From: Bugula neritina
Lineage: Eukaryota; Animalia; Bryozoa
DNA length: 64,000 nt
Reading direction: 5' to 3'
NCBI GenBank assembly: GCA_964035545.1
Contig: OZ037767.1
Location: 25,808,628 to 25,872,627 of the forward strand
Shown here piece after piece: positions 11,701 to 25,800 of this stretch (positions are counted from its first letter, which is position 1; the number at the start of each line of letters is the position of its first letter). The position numbers were made by a program, and so were the translations under genes. The notes under the pieces were generated by a model that saw only the letters and a program-made list of their open reading frames with translations, was not told the DNA's origin and made no database searches.

Positions 11701-12823
11701 ATAAAGTAGATTGCTTCACAATGATAACGTTAGCAGTAATCTGCGAGTATTTTAGATAATATGTAGACTTGAGTTTCAAAAGCCATCAATTTTTCCTTAT
11801 GATTGCCATTCAGTTATAATCAGTGTTTACGAAATATTCTCGCATGTTTGGAACTTATATTTACAAGCTATACAGTACGAGTTTATTATAGTTCCTTATA
11901 GGTCAGGGGCTTTGACATGTAATGATAGCAAAGCTGAAGTAGCTTACATCCTTCTACATGGTAGGATGTGTGACTGTGCAAAGCAAAGTAATTCATAGAC
12001 ATCAACACACTGAGCATAATATATTATTGTGTCACTAGTAATTGACCAAATCACTATGTATAGCAGTTTTGGCATACCAATTACAACAAAGCATTACATA
12101 CCAGTGGTAGTCGTAACACCCATACCATCTCCAATAGCTAGCACCAAGTTCTTAGCTACATTGGTGTTTGCCTGTTGAAGAGCCAAATTCAACTCTTCTG
12201 CATTTTGATTGTACCAAAAATCTTTGTCTAAAATTGATTTGGACAATATTCATCAACTTAGCAAAATTCAAGTGTGTATTAAACAAGCAGCTAGCAGTTT
12301 TGCTCTTACGCGTATGTTTGGAACTTTCAGTATCACATTATAGTAACAGTATTACTTTATAATGTTGATCTGTTCAGTGAAGGTTTTAGGTTTGTGTGGT
12401 AAGCTGTTCGAGCCAAAAGTCAATTATGAATACAACAATGAATGACAAAATTCAGTGAAGACATGAATATTGTTACAGATTACATGAAATTAATAAGCTA
12501 ATTTAAGATTACAAGAAAATTAGCAAAATATATACAAGTAAATTGCATTCACTTATCTGCTAATAAAAATAATGAAGGAGGTCATCTCTCTCAGCAAATA
12601 TAAAACTCAATATTTTTCTCTATTACTTATGTGTAGCATTTGGTTGATATTTTAGTAAAGTTAAAGCATCTTTAATTCAAGCATTAGAACATATACATTA
12701 ATAGACTACCATTTAGCTTGCTATTATGCTATTAAAACACATATTTTAATAATAAAGTGTTTACTTACCCCATGTTTCAGCTGACACAATGGTAAATAAA
12801 GGCAATAGTAGAATCAGTTTCAT
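5787..12823 (-). CDS. ALP: Alkaline phosphatase, secreted and probably GPI-anchored; exons 12823-12769, 12227-12102, 11434-11340, 11145-10971, 10875-10703, 8192-8088, 7633-7393, 7245-7084, 6741-6589, 6106-5787
   Basis: Signal peptide [15 protein letters not shown]; motifs [23 protein letters not shown] (catalytic Ser), [41 protein letters not shown]; S/T-rich stalk followed by a hydrophobic C-terminus. All exon phases are consistent. Confidence 0.95.
7006..7105. repeat. 25-bp x4 tandem repeat (alternating A/B units) across an ALP exon 3' end and donor
   Basis: Units caccaccaaaagagaaaggatgact and caccaccaaaggagaaagcgtgact alternate at 7006, 7031, 7056 and 7081. Confidence 0.9.
7855..8056. repeat. 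Imperfect (CA)n-rich microsatellite in an ALP intron
   Basis: acacacacagtacacacac... throughout. Confidence 0.95.
8687..10391 (-). mobile_element. Non-autonomous hAT (Buster/Charlie-type) DNA transposon with a transposase C-terminal relic
   Basis: TIRs CAGGGGTGTCCAAC (8687) and GTTGGACAGCCCTG (ends 10391). Identical 8-bp TSD CTTTAGAG at 8679-8686 and 10392-10399, with central TA. Minus strand ~9276-9118 reads FSQMTYTK/fs/..[29 protein letters not shown], resembling the hAT C-terminal dimerisation region. Confidence 0.9.
10605..10672 (+). mobile_element. Short SINE-like fragment with a Pol III B box
   Basis: GGTTCGAATCC near 10652. A related degenerate segment (ttacacca...ggtaaactcaaca) occurs inverted at ~13871-13910. 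Confidence 0.35.
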
Positions 12824-13345
12824 TGTCACTTATATACTTTGGTAGTTCAAAGTAGTAAACAAAATGACCTGCAATGATTAGTTTCTACCACCGAGGATTG
12901 AATACCACCGGCTGAGAAGAACAACACACAGCATACACCCTAAAATCTACCCTTGTAGATTACATATCTAGTCTTTGGTTATGTCACTGATAAGAGCGCT
13001 TCAATTATACTCCCCACGACCCTGTTTATCACCTTGCTTGCTTCATCTGTGTGTGGTAAGAAATACCTGTGCACTATATAGGTTGAACTGGTAATTCTAG
13101 TACTGCAGCTATTACAAAAATTAGGTTTGTTTAAATGCCACCATATCAGAATCACCAACATTACTCTTTAATTGATACTATATCAGGGCAGTTAAGTAAT
13201 CGGTTAAATTAAAAAAGGTATGAGGTTGCACATTTTAATTGTTACAACAGTTCAAAATTTTAACACAAACATTTGTATTTTAATAGCGTTTGATAATGCA
13301 TGTGTTTTACTTTAATGCAATTCGGTGATATTTATTTATATTATC

Positions 13346-13584
<239 letters not shown>

Positions 13585-15911
13585 TATGCAACTCTACACC
13601 TACCTTTTGCAAAACCATTTTAAGTGATGCCTTTTCAGCATATAACAATGAAATACTAAATTTATTTTCACCATCAGTCCTTTCCAGCAAAACATTGAAG
13701 ATGAGAGCATCGTAACAGAAGCAGTACATGCTAATGTTTTTACTCAGGAATTTTTCATAAAAACATAACCATTTTTTTCCATTATATTGGTTAATAAGTA
13801 AATAGTGTTCAAAGCATTCGGTCATGTCTAGTGTACGGTATGGTTTCGCAACTTATAACTATAAAGTAATCGCGATATCATTACACCACAAGGTAAACTC
13901 AACATTACAAAAACATGCAGACATGTACGAATGAACTTGAAATATTCAAATTTTGTATGCAATAAATCATCTACATAAAACAATAATATCACTATATAAT
14001 ATGCATGTTGTCACAACTCCAATTTAACTGTGGAAGGTTTTAGATTTAGATTTCAGCTTGGGCCAATTACTCTATCTTTTAACTTAGCTTTATATATAAA
14101 CTAAATTTGCTGCAAATTAAGACATTTCAAAAACTAAAATTTAACACAAGTTATTTTTTGGCAACAAGTCCCAAAAATGTTAATTAACTTGTCCTATTAC
14201 CACTTATGCACAATATAATATGTATTATACAGTAATATTTAAATTAATTAAGAGTTGTGTTTACATGTTGAGTTGTATTTAAAGTCTACATTCCAGCTCG
14301 ATATTAAAAGACTAGATTTGCCTTAAATTTATCTCAGCAGCTCCATTGAAACAAGTTAGAGCCCATGGACTAGCTAGTTTTAAAACTAATATTTCCCAAA
14401 GCACAATACAATTCCAACATGTATGTAGAATATACCAAATAAAGTTCACAATAAGTCCATGCAGGTGAACGAAAATTGCAAATATAGTAATTAGAGTAAA
14501 AGAAAGGAATGTAGCCTGTAAAATGTCAAGACTTCATGAGCTGTAGATCTACAGCAATAATCGTGTGATTTTTAAATCCCTCATAAAATAGATGCAAACC
14601 GTGTTTAGTTTATATAATTCAATGTATTGTAATATCGAAAATAATAAATTAATAACAAACATCAATATATATATAATTTCTATAAATAATTAGAATTATA
14701 AATAGAATCTAGGCAATCAATAATTATCTTGAATAATATTAATATAATCATTTGCATGTTTCAATGTTGATTCTCCTCTCTCAAAAAGAAAAATATAGAA
14801 ATTCAATATTTAATTTAAAATTTGAAAAAATAAACTGTGCTTTACATTAACAGTACTTACATACTTAATATATATATGTGTCAGACAAGAAAATACAATG
14901 TAAAACTTGGCAACAATGAAGCCTAAATTGGAGAAGCTCTTACATAATTCCTTTAACAGATATATCACAAATACAATAATAAATAATATAAATCCTGTAA
15001 GTTGGAGTTTTGTAAGTTAAATGACCAGTGATTCAGAGCAAGCATTCTGTAGGACAAAAAATTCAGTAACAATATCACTTAATCATATAATATAGAAATA
15101 TTAAGCAGAACAAAACTAAAACTTTGGGTGAAGAAGTACAAGTGAATTAGACTACATTTAACAGTTGTATATGAATAAAATAAAGTAGTACAATTATTGA
15201 AAGAAACCAACAAAACTATCAGTTGAAAAATAGCTAGACACTTTAATGGGCGAACTGAAACAAAATATAGTGACAACCAACCATAGGTTAATTTTAGCTC
15301 TAAATTCTCTCTTAAATTATTAAATAAATAAATAAAAAATGAAAAATATATGTATGTTTAATATTTTATTACATTCACAAAACTGTGACTATTCCTTAAA
15401 TAAATTCACTTGGTCTCATTAGAATACTGAGTTACAGTAAAGTGCTTCTTCTATTAATCCTTATATGTAAACATTAGGAATAGATTTCAATATAAAGATA
15501 CAATCGTTGATATTGCAAAGTATATCGAGTATTCTAACAATAAACTAGATGAGGAGCTAATCGACTTGAAATCAGAATTCTCTGCTCATATGCAAATGTA
15601 GATAGAATACATTATATTGAGTGGACTTTGAGATTGTGAAGACTGTAAACTCGCTTTGCATAGCATAGTCAATGTATAGATAATGTTGAATTAGTATAGC
15701 ACTGAGCATCAGCTGATTTGGTGACAACAAAACATTGAGAGATCTCTTAAACTCGAATTAGTTAGAGGTACGTAAATCAAATATACTAAAATATAAATTA
15801 TGCTTAGATGCTTAGTTGGACTATGAAATTCGGTAATTCTCACAAGTAATCATACAGTAGAGCATATTTTACACCTGCTGCTAGATAGAGATTCATGTCC
15901 CCCTACAACAT

Positions 15912-18421
15912 CTAGGATGAGCTGACCACATCACATACACTTATAGCATCGGATCTTGTCTTGACTTTTGGAGGCTGCATTTCAACGACATTCTCTCCGG
16001 TAGGGTCAACCAAACAGACCTCAGCCGATGAACCGTGACTGCTCGATGTATCGGTACGACTTCTCACACTCGACCTTGAATGAGATGAGGTTCTGCTAGA
16101 GTGGGCGGAGCAAGGCCTGTATAAACTTACGTCTATCACCAAATCTTCATTTTCTCCAATGAAAACCTCACCACAACACACTTTGGTTCTGCAAAAATAA
16201 AACAAAGTGGTTACCATAAATTTACTTACAGTACGTGACTAGAGGAGCAGAATTTCACTAGTGTTTATTTATTCATATTTATTTTGTTTATTATAAAGAT
16301 ATTAAAACACATAATTTTCTGAAGCATGCTAATTAAGGACTGTTATCTCGCATTTCCATGTTGGTAGAAAAGCAGCAAATGATATTAAAAAGTGCTTACA
16401 TGACTTTCTCGGCAAGAAAAAAAGAACAACAAAAATGAGTATCTAAATGCACAGAAGGAAAAATACACACCACTTGTCTTGGTAAATATGTATAATGCTA
16501 CCAACTAAATAGACACTTATAATCAATCATACGACACATGGTGTTATGAATATTTACAAGTACGGTAGCCATAAAACTTTCCGGGAGAATAGAAAAGGGA
16601 GTAGCACAAGCTCACCTCTTCCAGTAGCTGAGGTCCAGAAAGGAGCTGACACACGAGTCAGAGGGGCACTTGCTGGTGTCCGTACTGACTGATGACTCAC
16701 TAGAGTTTGGGCTGGCACAAAAGTTATGTGACCTGATGTCTAACAAACAGAATATACATTTATTATATACCAACCAAATCGAAAAGTAGGTAAGTTTACA
16801 GTGGGGGAAGAGATCAAGGTGAGAGAGTGCACTTTAGTAGAGCAACACAATGTAAGTAAGTAGTTTACACAAACTGTACAACACTCTCACTATCACACAG
16901 TCTGCAAACTCCTGCAATACTAAAAGCGAAGTAAACTGGTCGACAGAGAAAATGAGAGAAGACAACTTTACCGTCTCCTCAATGTCCTAGAAAGAACGAG
17001 AGAGTAACTGCTCCTGCAGTCAAGCGTGACCAACACACCGTGAGACCGTACCGTAGTGAGACCGTACCTGAATCTGGAGATACAGAAGGCTGGTAGTGCG
17101 GCGCAGAAACAGCTCTCTTCTTTATTATCTTCTTGGCCTTTACGTCTGGATCATCCTTGATTGGTCTAGTCTTGTGTTTTAAAGTAGAGTTGGCCGTCTT
17201 ATGACAATTTCCAGAAATGGTCTTTGCATCCACTACCTGAATAACAATAAAATTCATATGGGTTTATAGTCACAATTCCTGTGAGAAACCCTGATGGAAA
17301 GGGTTTTTGTTAAAGCAGGCTAAGAACTTATTTAAATGAGGCACAGGAGCAATTATGAGTGAATGCTCTTCCTAACATCACCAATGGCCTTTACTAGCGA
17401 TAAAACCGCTGACCTTGTGATTTCTAAGTCAGCGCTCTGACCGCTATGCCACAGCTGCTAAACAAAAAAAAGTTAAATAGAAAGTTTGTAATAAATTAGT
17501 GTGATAAGAAAAATTGTCATGTTAACAGAGAAATTCAACCACAATACTTCTACATGTTGGTTAGCAAAAAGAAATGATAGGAAAGGTTAAACACATCAAC
17601 ATTTATGGCATGAAGAAAGTTACTAGTGTATAGGTTTACTGATAACACATGTTCATCACTCACATGACTCCAATTCTTCCGTGAACCACGTGGTAGTTTC
17701 TTCCATCTTTTCACTAACAGAACACATGCATTGCATATATCACCTTTTCGACCTGCAAGTACAATTCAACACTTTAACATCCACTCAAGGACAGCATACA
17801 GATGAGTACACAACTCACCAATATCACAAGACTGATACAATATTACACATCTGACAACTTGTCTCATTATTGACAACCAGTAAGTAAGACCAGAATATAA
17901 TATACTCCACACGTGACTCACAAGCTTAGCCTTAGTTTACAATGTTAAACGTTGAACTCCCCAAAACCTGCACAGAAGTTTTAAGGCTATACGAGTTAGA
18001 TCTATGCTTTTTGTAGCTTTATGACTACATAAATAGATGTACATATGAATCTATAACTTGATGGCGAAACAGAGAAAAGCAAAGCTATACATTAGTTGAA
18101 GGTTAAATGGCAATCATAACATAAAACAACCAGTAATATTCCACTAATTAGGGACTTTGCAGTTACTATAGGTTGAGTGGGCAACTCTTAAATATCATTT
18201 GTGATATAATAGTGCTAGGGTGATTATTAATTCCCATCTTTCCAGCAAATTAAAAAAGAAATATAAGTGTAAACTAACCAACCTTTCTCGACCTTAAAAC
18301 ACAGAGCAAAATCTGCTTCATATTTGTCACTGTCGGTAAATCTTGAACTAGAAGACTTTGCTCCACAGATGCAGCACCCCTGTAAACTCCTGAAGGTCCT
18401 TGGTCTATGGTAATTCGACAT
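15912..18421 (-). CDS. SINHCAF: SIN3-HDAC complex-associated factor (FAM60A); exons 18421-18283, 17752-17664, 17236-17068, 16739-16616, 16188-15912
   Basis: [35 protein letters not shown]...[31 protein letters not shown]...[16 protein letters not shown] matches the FAM60A family signature. Phases are consistent. Confidence 0.95.
17278..17459 (-). mobile_element. tRNA-derived SINE, copy 1
   Basis: Minus strand has a tRNA-like head GCTGTGGCATAGCGGTCAGAGCGCTGACTTAG (A box), then a body TGGTGATGTTAGGAAGAGCAT...TTCCATCAGGGTTTCTCACAGG shared with 19911-20082. Confidence 0.75.
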
Positions 18422-19910
18422 TTTGACAACTCCAATCACACTCTATAATTCTTCCAAGTTTTTTCTAAAAAGTAATTAAAATGTGAACAAAAAAATTAGG
18501 ATAATTATATGAGAAGCATGTTACATTATTTTGTGGATCTTTTAACATTAAATTCACCATCCTTGGAGCATATACTGTAATCTTATATATATAAATAAAC
18601 AATGCTATTGAATATATGGCACATTCCGACAAGTGCTCTTGAACCAGTTTCACTCTAATGACATCATTTAAACTTTAATGTTTATTACACTCATATGAAC
18701 AGGCTATTTCCAAAACGTAATTTGGTCTACACTACCAAAACAGTATACTTCACAGTCAATAAGTTAAATTAAAATGCATTATGTCGCATATAGTTTTAAA
18801 TTACTTTCAACCTCAAGTCCCAGCTTCAACGCTATTAACTGAAGTATAAAAATGATTACAATGTGACTCTCACTCCACAAATAAGACCTCCCAATAATAT
18901 TGCCTTTTAAAAATTTGCCTATAGAATTAAAGTTCTGACAGAAAAAAAACTCAAAAATACTTTTAAACAATTTTTTCACCATCTATCAGCATAAAACAGG
19001 CTCATTTTTAATTGACCGGACACCTTACCCAAATCAAAACATAATGCCCCAGTATATCATAATACAAGCTACCCTAAAAATACCAATAATTATGTAAAAG
19101 CAGGAAATAACAAAAGCTATTAATTCAAAATGTCTTAAAAGTGACTCTTTATATTAAATTTTATAACCAGCATACATAACCACATTTTTGTCACAATTTC
19201 TACATTAATTGAACTTCTCATATTACAATACAAATATTAGTTCAACATACCTCGTGCGTGTGCTATCACAGAGTTTCTCTAAGCAAGTAAACTGTAAAGC
19301 CTCAAGCCCATTGATCTCTGTTGACCTTGCCTGAAAAAGTTTACTGAAAAGTAAGTGAACAGCTAAGTAGAGGTCATTAATAATTAGTAAGTCAACATAA
19401 GATACACCAACATGATTATCAAATATTATTTCACAACCTCCTAAAAGCAAATCAATAAGTGGCTCACTGTTAACCTATTCCTCCTTCACCTTACCTACAG
19501 CGAACTACTTTATTTTCAGACATTAGGCTATGGAATTTTAGCTTACTCTTCAAACATTATTTTACATTTTATTCTGAGTTATAAATTATTAAGAAGTTGA
19601 AAAGCAGAAATTAATGCATATATAATATTATAATATGAACATGGAACGTGGCAATCACAGCTGTTCACAAGTTCTAATAATTAGTATAGTTTGCTACAAG
19701 TCAATGACCGGTTCAATAAACTTTGTATTCAGTTTAACCACGTAACCTAATATTAAGCAAAACAGAAGCAAGTTCAAGCAAGAAAACGCCTATTGAGCTT
19801 AGTTTTGAAGTATTAACTGCTTGGAAATGTGATTATTTCAGGTGAGGCTAGAATTTTGAATTGGACACCTCAGCGACCTCTTTTACCACAGATATAGAAA
19901 TCTTGCATAA

Positions 19911-20082
19911 GGGAGCAGGGTGGTCTAGGGGTTAGAACATGAAATTATGGGTCCGAACCCCATAAAGGCCAGTGGTGATGTTAGGAAGAGCATCAAGTCT
20001 AATTGCTCCTGTGCCATATCTGAATAAGTCCTTAGCCTGATTTAACAAAAATCCCCTTTCCATCAGAGGTTTCTCACAGGGT
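19911..20082 (+). mobile_element. tRNA-derived SINE, copy 2 (inverted relative to copy 1)
   Basis: B-box-like GGTCCGAACCC and a body clearly alignable with the reverse complement of 17278-17390. Confidence 0.75.
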
Positions 20083-20904
20083 TTTTATAGAAGTCTTGCA
20101 TAAACTTACATTTTTGCATTTTTAGAAAACTTATTTAGCACCAGCTACAGCTTTATATTAAATTTATATAATTTAGAAACTACATAAAATTACTACTTGT
20201 AGAAAACAGTTCCAACTTCTAAAAATAGTAGACTTCACACGCATACTATAAGCTACTTATGCTAAGAACTGCATTTAAACTGTTCAGGTTGATTGCAAGT
20301 ATCTAAATGTTTCATAGATTGTAAAATTAAAAAGCATTTATATAATATTTACAGCTTTAGGAAAAAATGCAAGCTTATGTTTTAATCTAGATATTCTATC
20401 ATAGTTGACACATTGTTTTAAATTCTCATGTTTGTACAACTTATAAGTGCTAATAAAGATGCCTGAGCAACTAGAAATTTTGTAGCATCTGAATATCATA
20501 ATATTTTAGTCAGATGTAAAAAGTTAACCTACCCTTATTTTGATAAAAGGTTGGCTGAGTAAATAAGAAAATAAACTTGATTCAATTTTGATAAGGTGAA
20601 GGTTTATTTGAATACTTTTTTCAAAAACTACTTTAGATGTAATTTTATTAACCATAAGATCATTTCCTCCATTAAATCAGAATAAAGATTTATATTAAAT
20701 TTCCAAAAGATTAAGTGCACTAGAAAACTAGTTTTCTGCTACACAACATGTACAAACATAAGAACACATTAGGAATTTAGAAATTTTTGAATTTTTATTA
20801 AAATAGATGAAACCTCATTTCTGCATTACCACTGGCTAAAATTTACACACGTTAGTTATATTATAACTTTAATTCAATAGTTTTAAGAAGTTGTTTTGAT
20901 TTAT

Positions 20905-21360
20905 TAAAAGTAATAGTAATACTAATAGTAAAACTAAATCAAATGTAAGACTAAAATTAAAAGTAAAAGCAAAACTAAAAAGTAAAAGTAAATTTCAATC
21001 TAATACTTATAGTAATAGTAATACTAATATAATTCGTAATGGTTATGGTATTACTATTAGTACACCAATACTAATAGTAATACTAATACAGTAAATTTAA
21101 TGACTAATGAGTAATACTGGAATATTTATAACTATTACTATATACTAAAAGTAAATACTTATACTTATACTAGTAATGCTAATACTAATACTAATAGTAA
21201 TACACTTTGCCTTACACTTACACTAACAGTTACACTGTGACTGTTACTGTTACAGTGTTAGTGTTACACTAACACTTTGACTTAGTGACTTACAGTTACA
21301 CTTACAGCTACAGTCTCCAAGTCTAAGTCTAAGTATAAGAGTAAGTCTATCACTATGATT
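20905..21360. repeat. Period-6 A(G/C)T-core degenerate array on the SINHCAF side of a bidirectional promoter
   Basis: e.g. tagtaa tactaa tagtaa; cagtta cactta cagcta cagtct; aagtct aagtct aagtat. Confidence 0.8.
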
Positions 21361-21459
21361 CTTCATAGTAGCAATTTGCAATACAAAGAAAAACACAATA
21401 ACGCTGCAAAATCTGCTAGCAATTATTGACACAACATAACCTACACTTTGTGTATGAAC

Positions 21460-21655
21460 TCACCACAGCTCGTGTCAATGCAAGAGTTAATAATTTGGTC
21501 TATCAGCTGATTGAAAATGACGCTTCTTTAGTGACCGTGGATAACTACGCATGCGTATCCAAACAGGACACGGAATCGCCATTTTGATGATAACTTGAAG
21601 ATTGCTGCGGAAATTCCACTACTACTCACTCAGCCTCAGTGAAACTACCAGGTTA
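21460..21655. promoter_or_regulatory. Bidirectional promoter SINHCAF / PPP6R
   Basis: Minus-strand donor (ctcac ~21459-21463) and plus-strand donor (ccag|gt ~21652) face away from each other; NRF1-like CGCATGCG ~21548; YY1-like CGCCATTTT ~21577. Confidence 0.6.
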
Positions 21656-21764
21656 TTAGTATTACTGGACACTCTTTATTTTGATTAGATATACAAATTT
21701 TACTTAAAGCAAAAATTTTAGGCAATCAATACAATTGCATTACAGGCTCTAACTCCCGCAGTTC

Positions 21765-22080
21765 TGCTTTTACTTTTAGTTTTTTGCAGATTTAGATTCA
21801 GATTGACATTGACTTTGAGTTTGAGTTTGACTTTGAGATTCAGTTTCAGATTGAGTATCAGTTTTACTTTAACTTTTGATTTTAGTTAAAGTTTTTATAA
21901 TAATTTTACTTTAGACTCTAGTATAAGTTTTAGATTCAGAAAGTAGAAACCGAGACTGCGAGACAAGCCAGTCTCAATTTAGACAAGCAGAGTTGGTGTA
22001 GCCGTAGGTAATACCAAGTCTAATAGTAATAGTAATACTAAAAATAAAGCTAAAACTAAATCTAATACAGTAGCGGCAAT
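21765..22080. repeat. Period-6 A(G/C)T-core degenerate array on the PPP6R side
   Basis: gacttt gagttt gagttt gacttt gagatt cagttt; tagtaa tagtaa tactaa. Confidence 0.8.
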
Positions 22081-22846
22081 ACTCATCAGTCATCTCGATC
22101 TTTACTAAATCAAGATGAATAAAGGCAAAGCCAAAGGGCACAGGAGTGACTGAGAAACTTGCTAATCACACTTTAATTACAGCTACGTGACACCCAATTC
22201 GATAGACTAGTCTAACAATCACAATGTAGCTGCAAAAATTTCATGTTAGTCTAATAGTAAATGTAATATTGCTGGTTGTTCATAACCACACTGCTGGGTT
22301 AATGCGTTAGTCTTTGACATCAAACATGAAACCATTGAATTGAAAAATAAAAGCAATGGTGTTTGTGAGTGTAGTTGCCAAAAAGGGGAATTGTTGCAGG
22401 CCTACTACAACTCGGAGTTTGGTTGGTGCTGGATTTATTGCTATAAGATATATACTGAAACTTGAATTACCACTATTTTAGAAATTCATGAGTATCCCAG
22501 TCATGCTGATACTGGTAGCATACTCATATTGGTAGCGATTTCTTTCATTTTTGCAATGTATAGCTTGGGATCATTTATTTGATACTTTTGAAATTTTTAG
22601 CAGTAGCTTTTCAGATTAATTTGCTGTTTATTTAAAAATTTAAAAATAAACAATTATACCACTTTTTCACTTCTAGTGCTCAATCAGCACAGACTGATTT
22701 GCAATATCAATTGACGTAACTGCAGAAAAATCAATTGGAAATATTCTACTCGTGGGAAGTTATGTTCTCTATTTAGTAGTTTTGTGTTTGTATTAGGTGA
22801 TACCAACTCAATGCACAGTGCTAATTGGTGAAGAACTTTCGGCACC

Positions 22847-25800
22847 ATGTTTTGGAGGTACAATGCACTGACTTCCCATATAGACACACTACTTGACAAA
22901 GAAGTGAGTTAATTTCTTTTAAATGATCTGAATTAAACAAAAAAATAAACAAATGAAAAATACTTATAATTGATTTGTGTGGGTAATATTTCAAGTTTAG
23001 AACAGTTTCATTAGTTTACAGATTTCATGCAGTATCCTGCTGTGTAGAATCTTACTGAATACTCTTGTTTGATTATATTTTATGTTTTGTGTTTAATTTA
23101 AGAATGTCACTCTCCATGAACTGATGGATGAAGATGACATCCTGCAAGAATGTAAAGGACAAAATAATAAACTGATAGATTTGTGAGTACATGTGTGGTA
23201 TCACAGATAGTTTAACTTTGTGTGTTGTTATAACTTGTGTGCACATATATACTATATATGTGTGCATGTATACTATATATGTGTGCATGTATACTATATA
23301 TGTGTGCATGTATACTATATATGTGTGCATGTATACTATATATGTGTGCATGTATACTATATATGTGTAAGTCTATACTATATATGTGTACTTCTATACT
23401 ATATATGTGTGAGTCTATACTATATATGTGTGAGTCTATACTATATATGTGTGAGTCTATACTATATATGTGTGAGTCTATACTATATATGTGTAAGTCT
23501 ATACTATATATGTGTAAGTCTATACTATAAATGTGTGAGTCTATACTATATATGTGTAAGTCTATACTTTATATGTGTGAGTCTATACTATATATGTGTA
23601 CTTCTATACTATATATGTGGAAGTCTATACTATATATGTGTACGTGCATATTGTATTGTGTGCATATGCAGATAGATACTATTTCCTGCTGTTTATCTTA
23701 GCAGTATCTTATGTTAATCAAGCACTTGTATTTATTGCACAGTTTGGTTAGCTGATAACAGCTATACTCAGCTTCTACTTGTAACTTCCCATCTTTTAGT
23801 TTGGTGTTGCCTCACGTTATGGAAGAATTAGTACAGCTAGTCACCTGTGAACCAGGTGAAGATGTAGAAGACAAAGTAAAATACAAGTTAGTATGGTCAT
23901 CAGTATGCTTTATGTAGAGCCCTTTCAACAGTCTCACTCAAGCTAAGTTATTACAGTATAAAATACTGCAAGAGACAACTAAATGAAATGTGCTCAGAAA
24001 AATGTTGGTTTTTTCACAATTCAAACCATTTTTAACTCTGCGACTGCTTAACCTATGAACTGTGTTCGTGTTTGTGTCAGCTGTTTGAGGTGTCTTATTT
24101 AAGGATCTACAAAATCTGTGGAATAATTAAATCCCTGTTATTTCTGGTTCTCTTGTTACATTTCCTGACCATATTATTTTCATTGTTTTGAGTGGAGCAG
24201 TTAGCATTGTACACTGGATTTTGGCAATAAGTCATGCTGAAACGTGTGGTTGCCAAATGGTAGCAGTTCAAGCAGCGTTTGTCACATTGGGGTCTTCAGG
24301 GTGTCATCAATATGTTACTGAGAAACTGTGTACAGAAGTCATGAGGTATGGACTGTCTATACGCCGTGCTATTTACAGATATCCCAACATTGCCTGTGAG
24401 CTGCTCACATCCGATGTCCCACAGATACTAGACAAACTAGTGGAGAATAACACCTATATAGACAAAATCTACAATTTCCTCCTCTGTGAGCATCAGCTAA
24501 ACCCTCTTCTAGCTAGCTTCTTTACCAAGGTTCTTGGACTATTACTTGTTAGGAAACCAGACTATGTAAGTATTTTTGTCGTTTGTTGTGTAATATTTAC
24601 TCATAGGTAATGTTAGTCTGAAGTATTATCTGTACATTATGTTTCAGTCTATCATGACATTGTTAAGTGCAGATTTTACTGGTTATATGCAGGCTACACT
24701 AGATATTTTTTGATATTAAACTTGGCTCTATTAAATTAGTTAGCCTTGCTTTAAGGTGTATAGTAACCTAACATTTCAGGCTAAGCCATTTACATCATAA
24801 AATATTGTTTCTTTTGCATATAATTATATAATGCAACATTATATTATAATATAATAATACAATATTTGTACGATTGCTGACCTGTTATGTGCAGGGCGCA
24901 CTTCATAATGTTTGGTTACTCATTACAATATGATTCCGCCTGCCCAAGTTGCTCTCTGGTGTACAACAAGGTGTAGTGGAGTAGCTGTGAGGGTAGGAGG
25001 GGACATAGGTGCTGTCAAGGCAGCGGCTTGTAGCACAAGCTACTGTGTTTACCTAAGTGTAATATACATTGGAGTTGATGCTGTAGGCTGAACTATAAGC
25101 ATATCAATAACATATGAAAAACTAATATAATTATAGATTATTTCAGGCCACTACTTTCTAGTTATATAGCTAACCTGCTAATTGTCAGTATCTTGTGACC
25201 AATCTACCCCACACAACATTACCACTTCCACTTCTGGCTGACTTACTACCTGTAGTAGTGACTTGTCCCATGCTCTGCTATGTCTTGTGTCTAGCTATTT
25301 GAATACCTGGTCGCCAAAGACGATTTCCTCGGGCACCTGCTGACACACCTCGGCACTTCTGCCATCATGGACCTACTGATGAGATTAATTACTTATGACC
25401 CAGTCATTTCAGTCAAATCCAGAATTCTCAAGGTAAGCTCTCTCAACCTGTATTATCCTGTACTGTGTGTTTGCTGACTTTACTCAGGAAACTGTTGATT
25501 GGGGAGTTGTTGGGCAGGACATGGGCGGACAATTGTTCGACAGCATCTTTTGTACTAAAATCCATGTAAGTGGTTGTTGTGCTCAGACTATTCTAAATTC
25601 ATAATTTTGTAAGAGTAGATGATTCTAATTTAATCAACTCTGGACTGAAAACATGATGCTTACACCTAAGGATGTGAAAGATGCTGGTGTAACTATTACT
25701 CATTATGTTTTACTATAGAATGGTTACGTGACACATTAGTATTTGTGAATAGGTTTGCTTTGAATTCTAAATTTTCTCCACTTATTGTTACATGATGTTG

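Noticed and set aside
16972-16986. 15-nt microexon candidate in SINHCAF (tag|GACATTGAGGAGACG|gtaaag)
   Set aside because: It introduces TGA in the phase-1 frame. It could be a poison exon, but nothing in the sequence alone supports its use.
17395-17459. Possible tRNA gene
   Set aside because: The B box/T arm is degenerate and the sequence runs into a body shared with 19911-20082, so it is a SINE head.
23073-23675. 151-aa YYICVSL repeat ORF; CRISPR-like appearance
   Set aside because: A 21-bp head-to-tail minisatellite with no spacers, within an intron whose flanking PPP6R exons join in phase.
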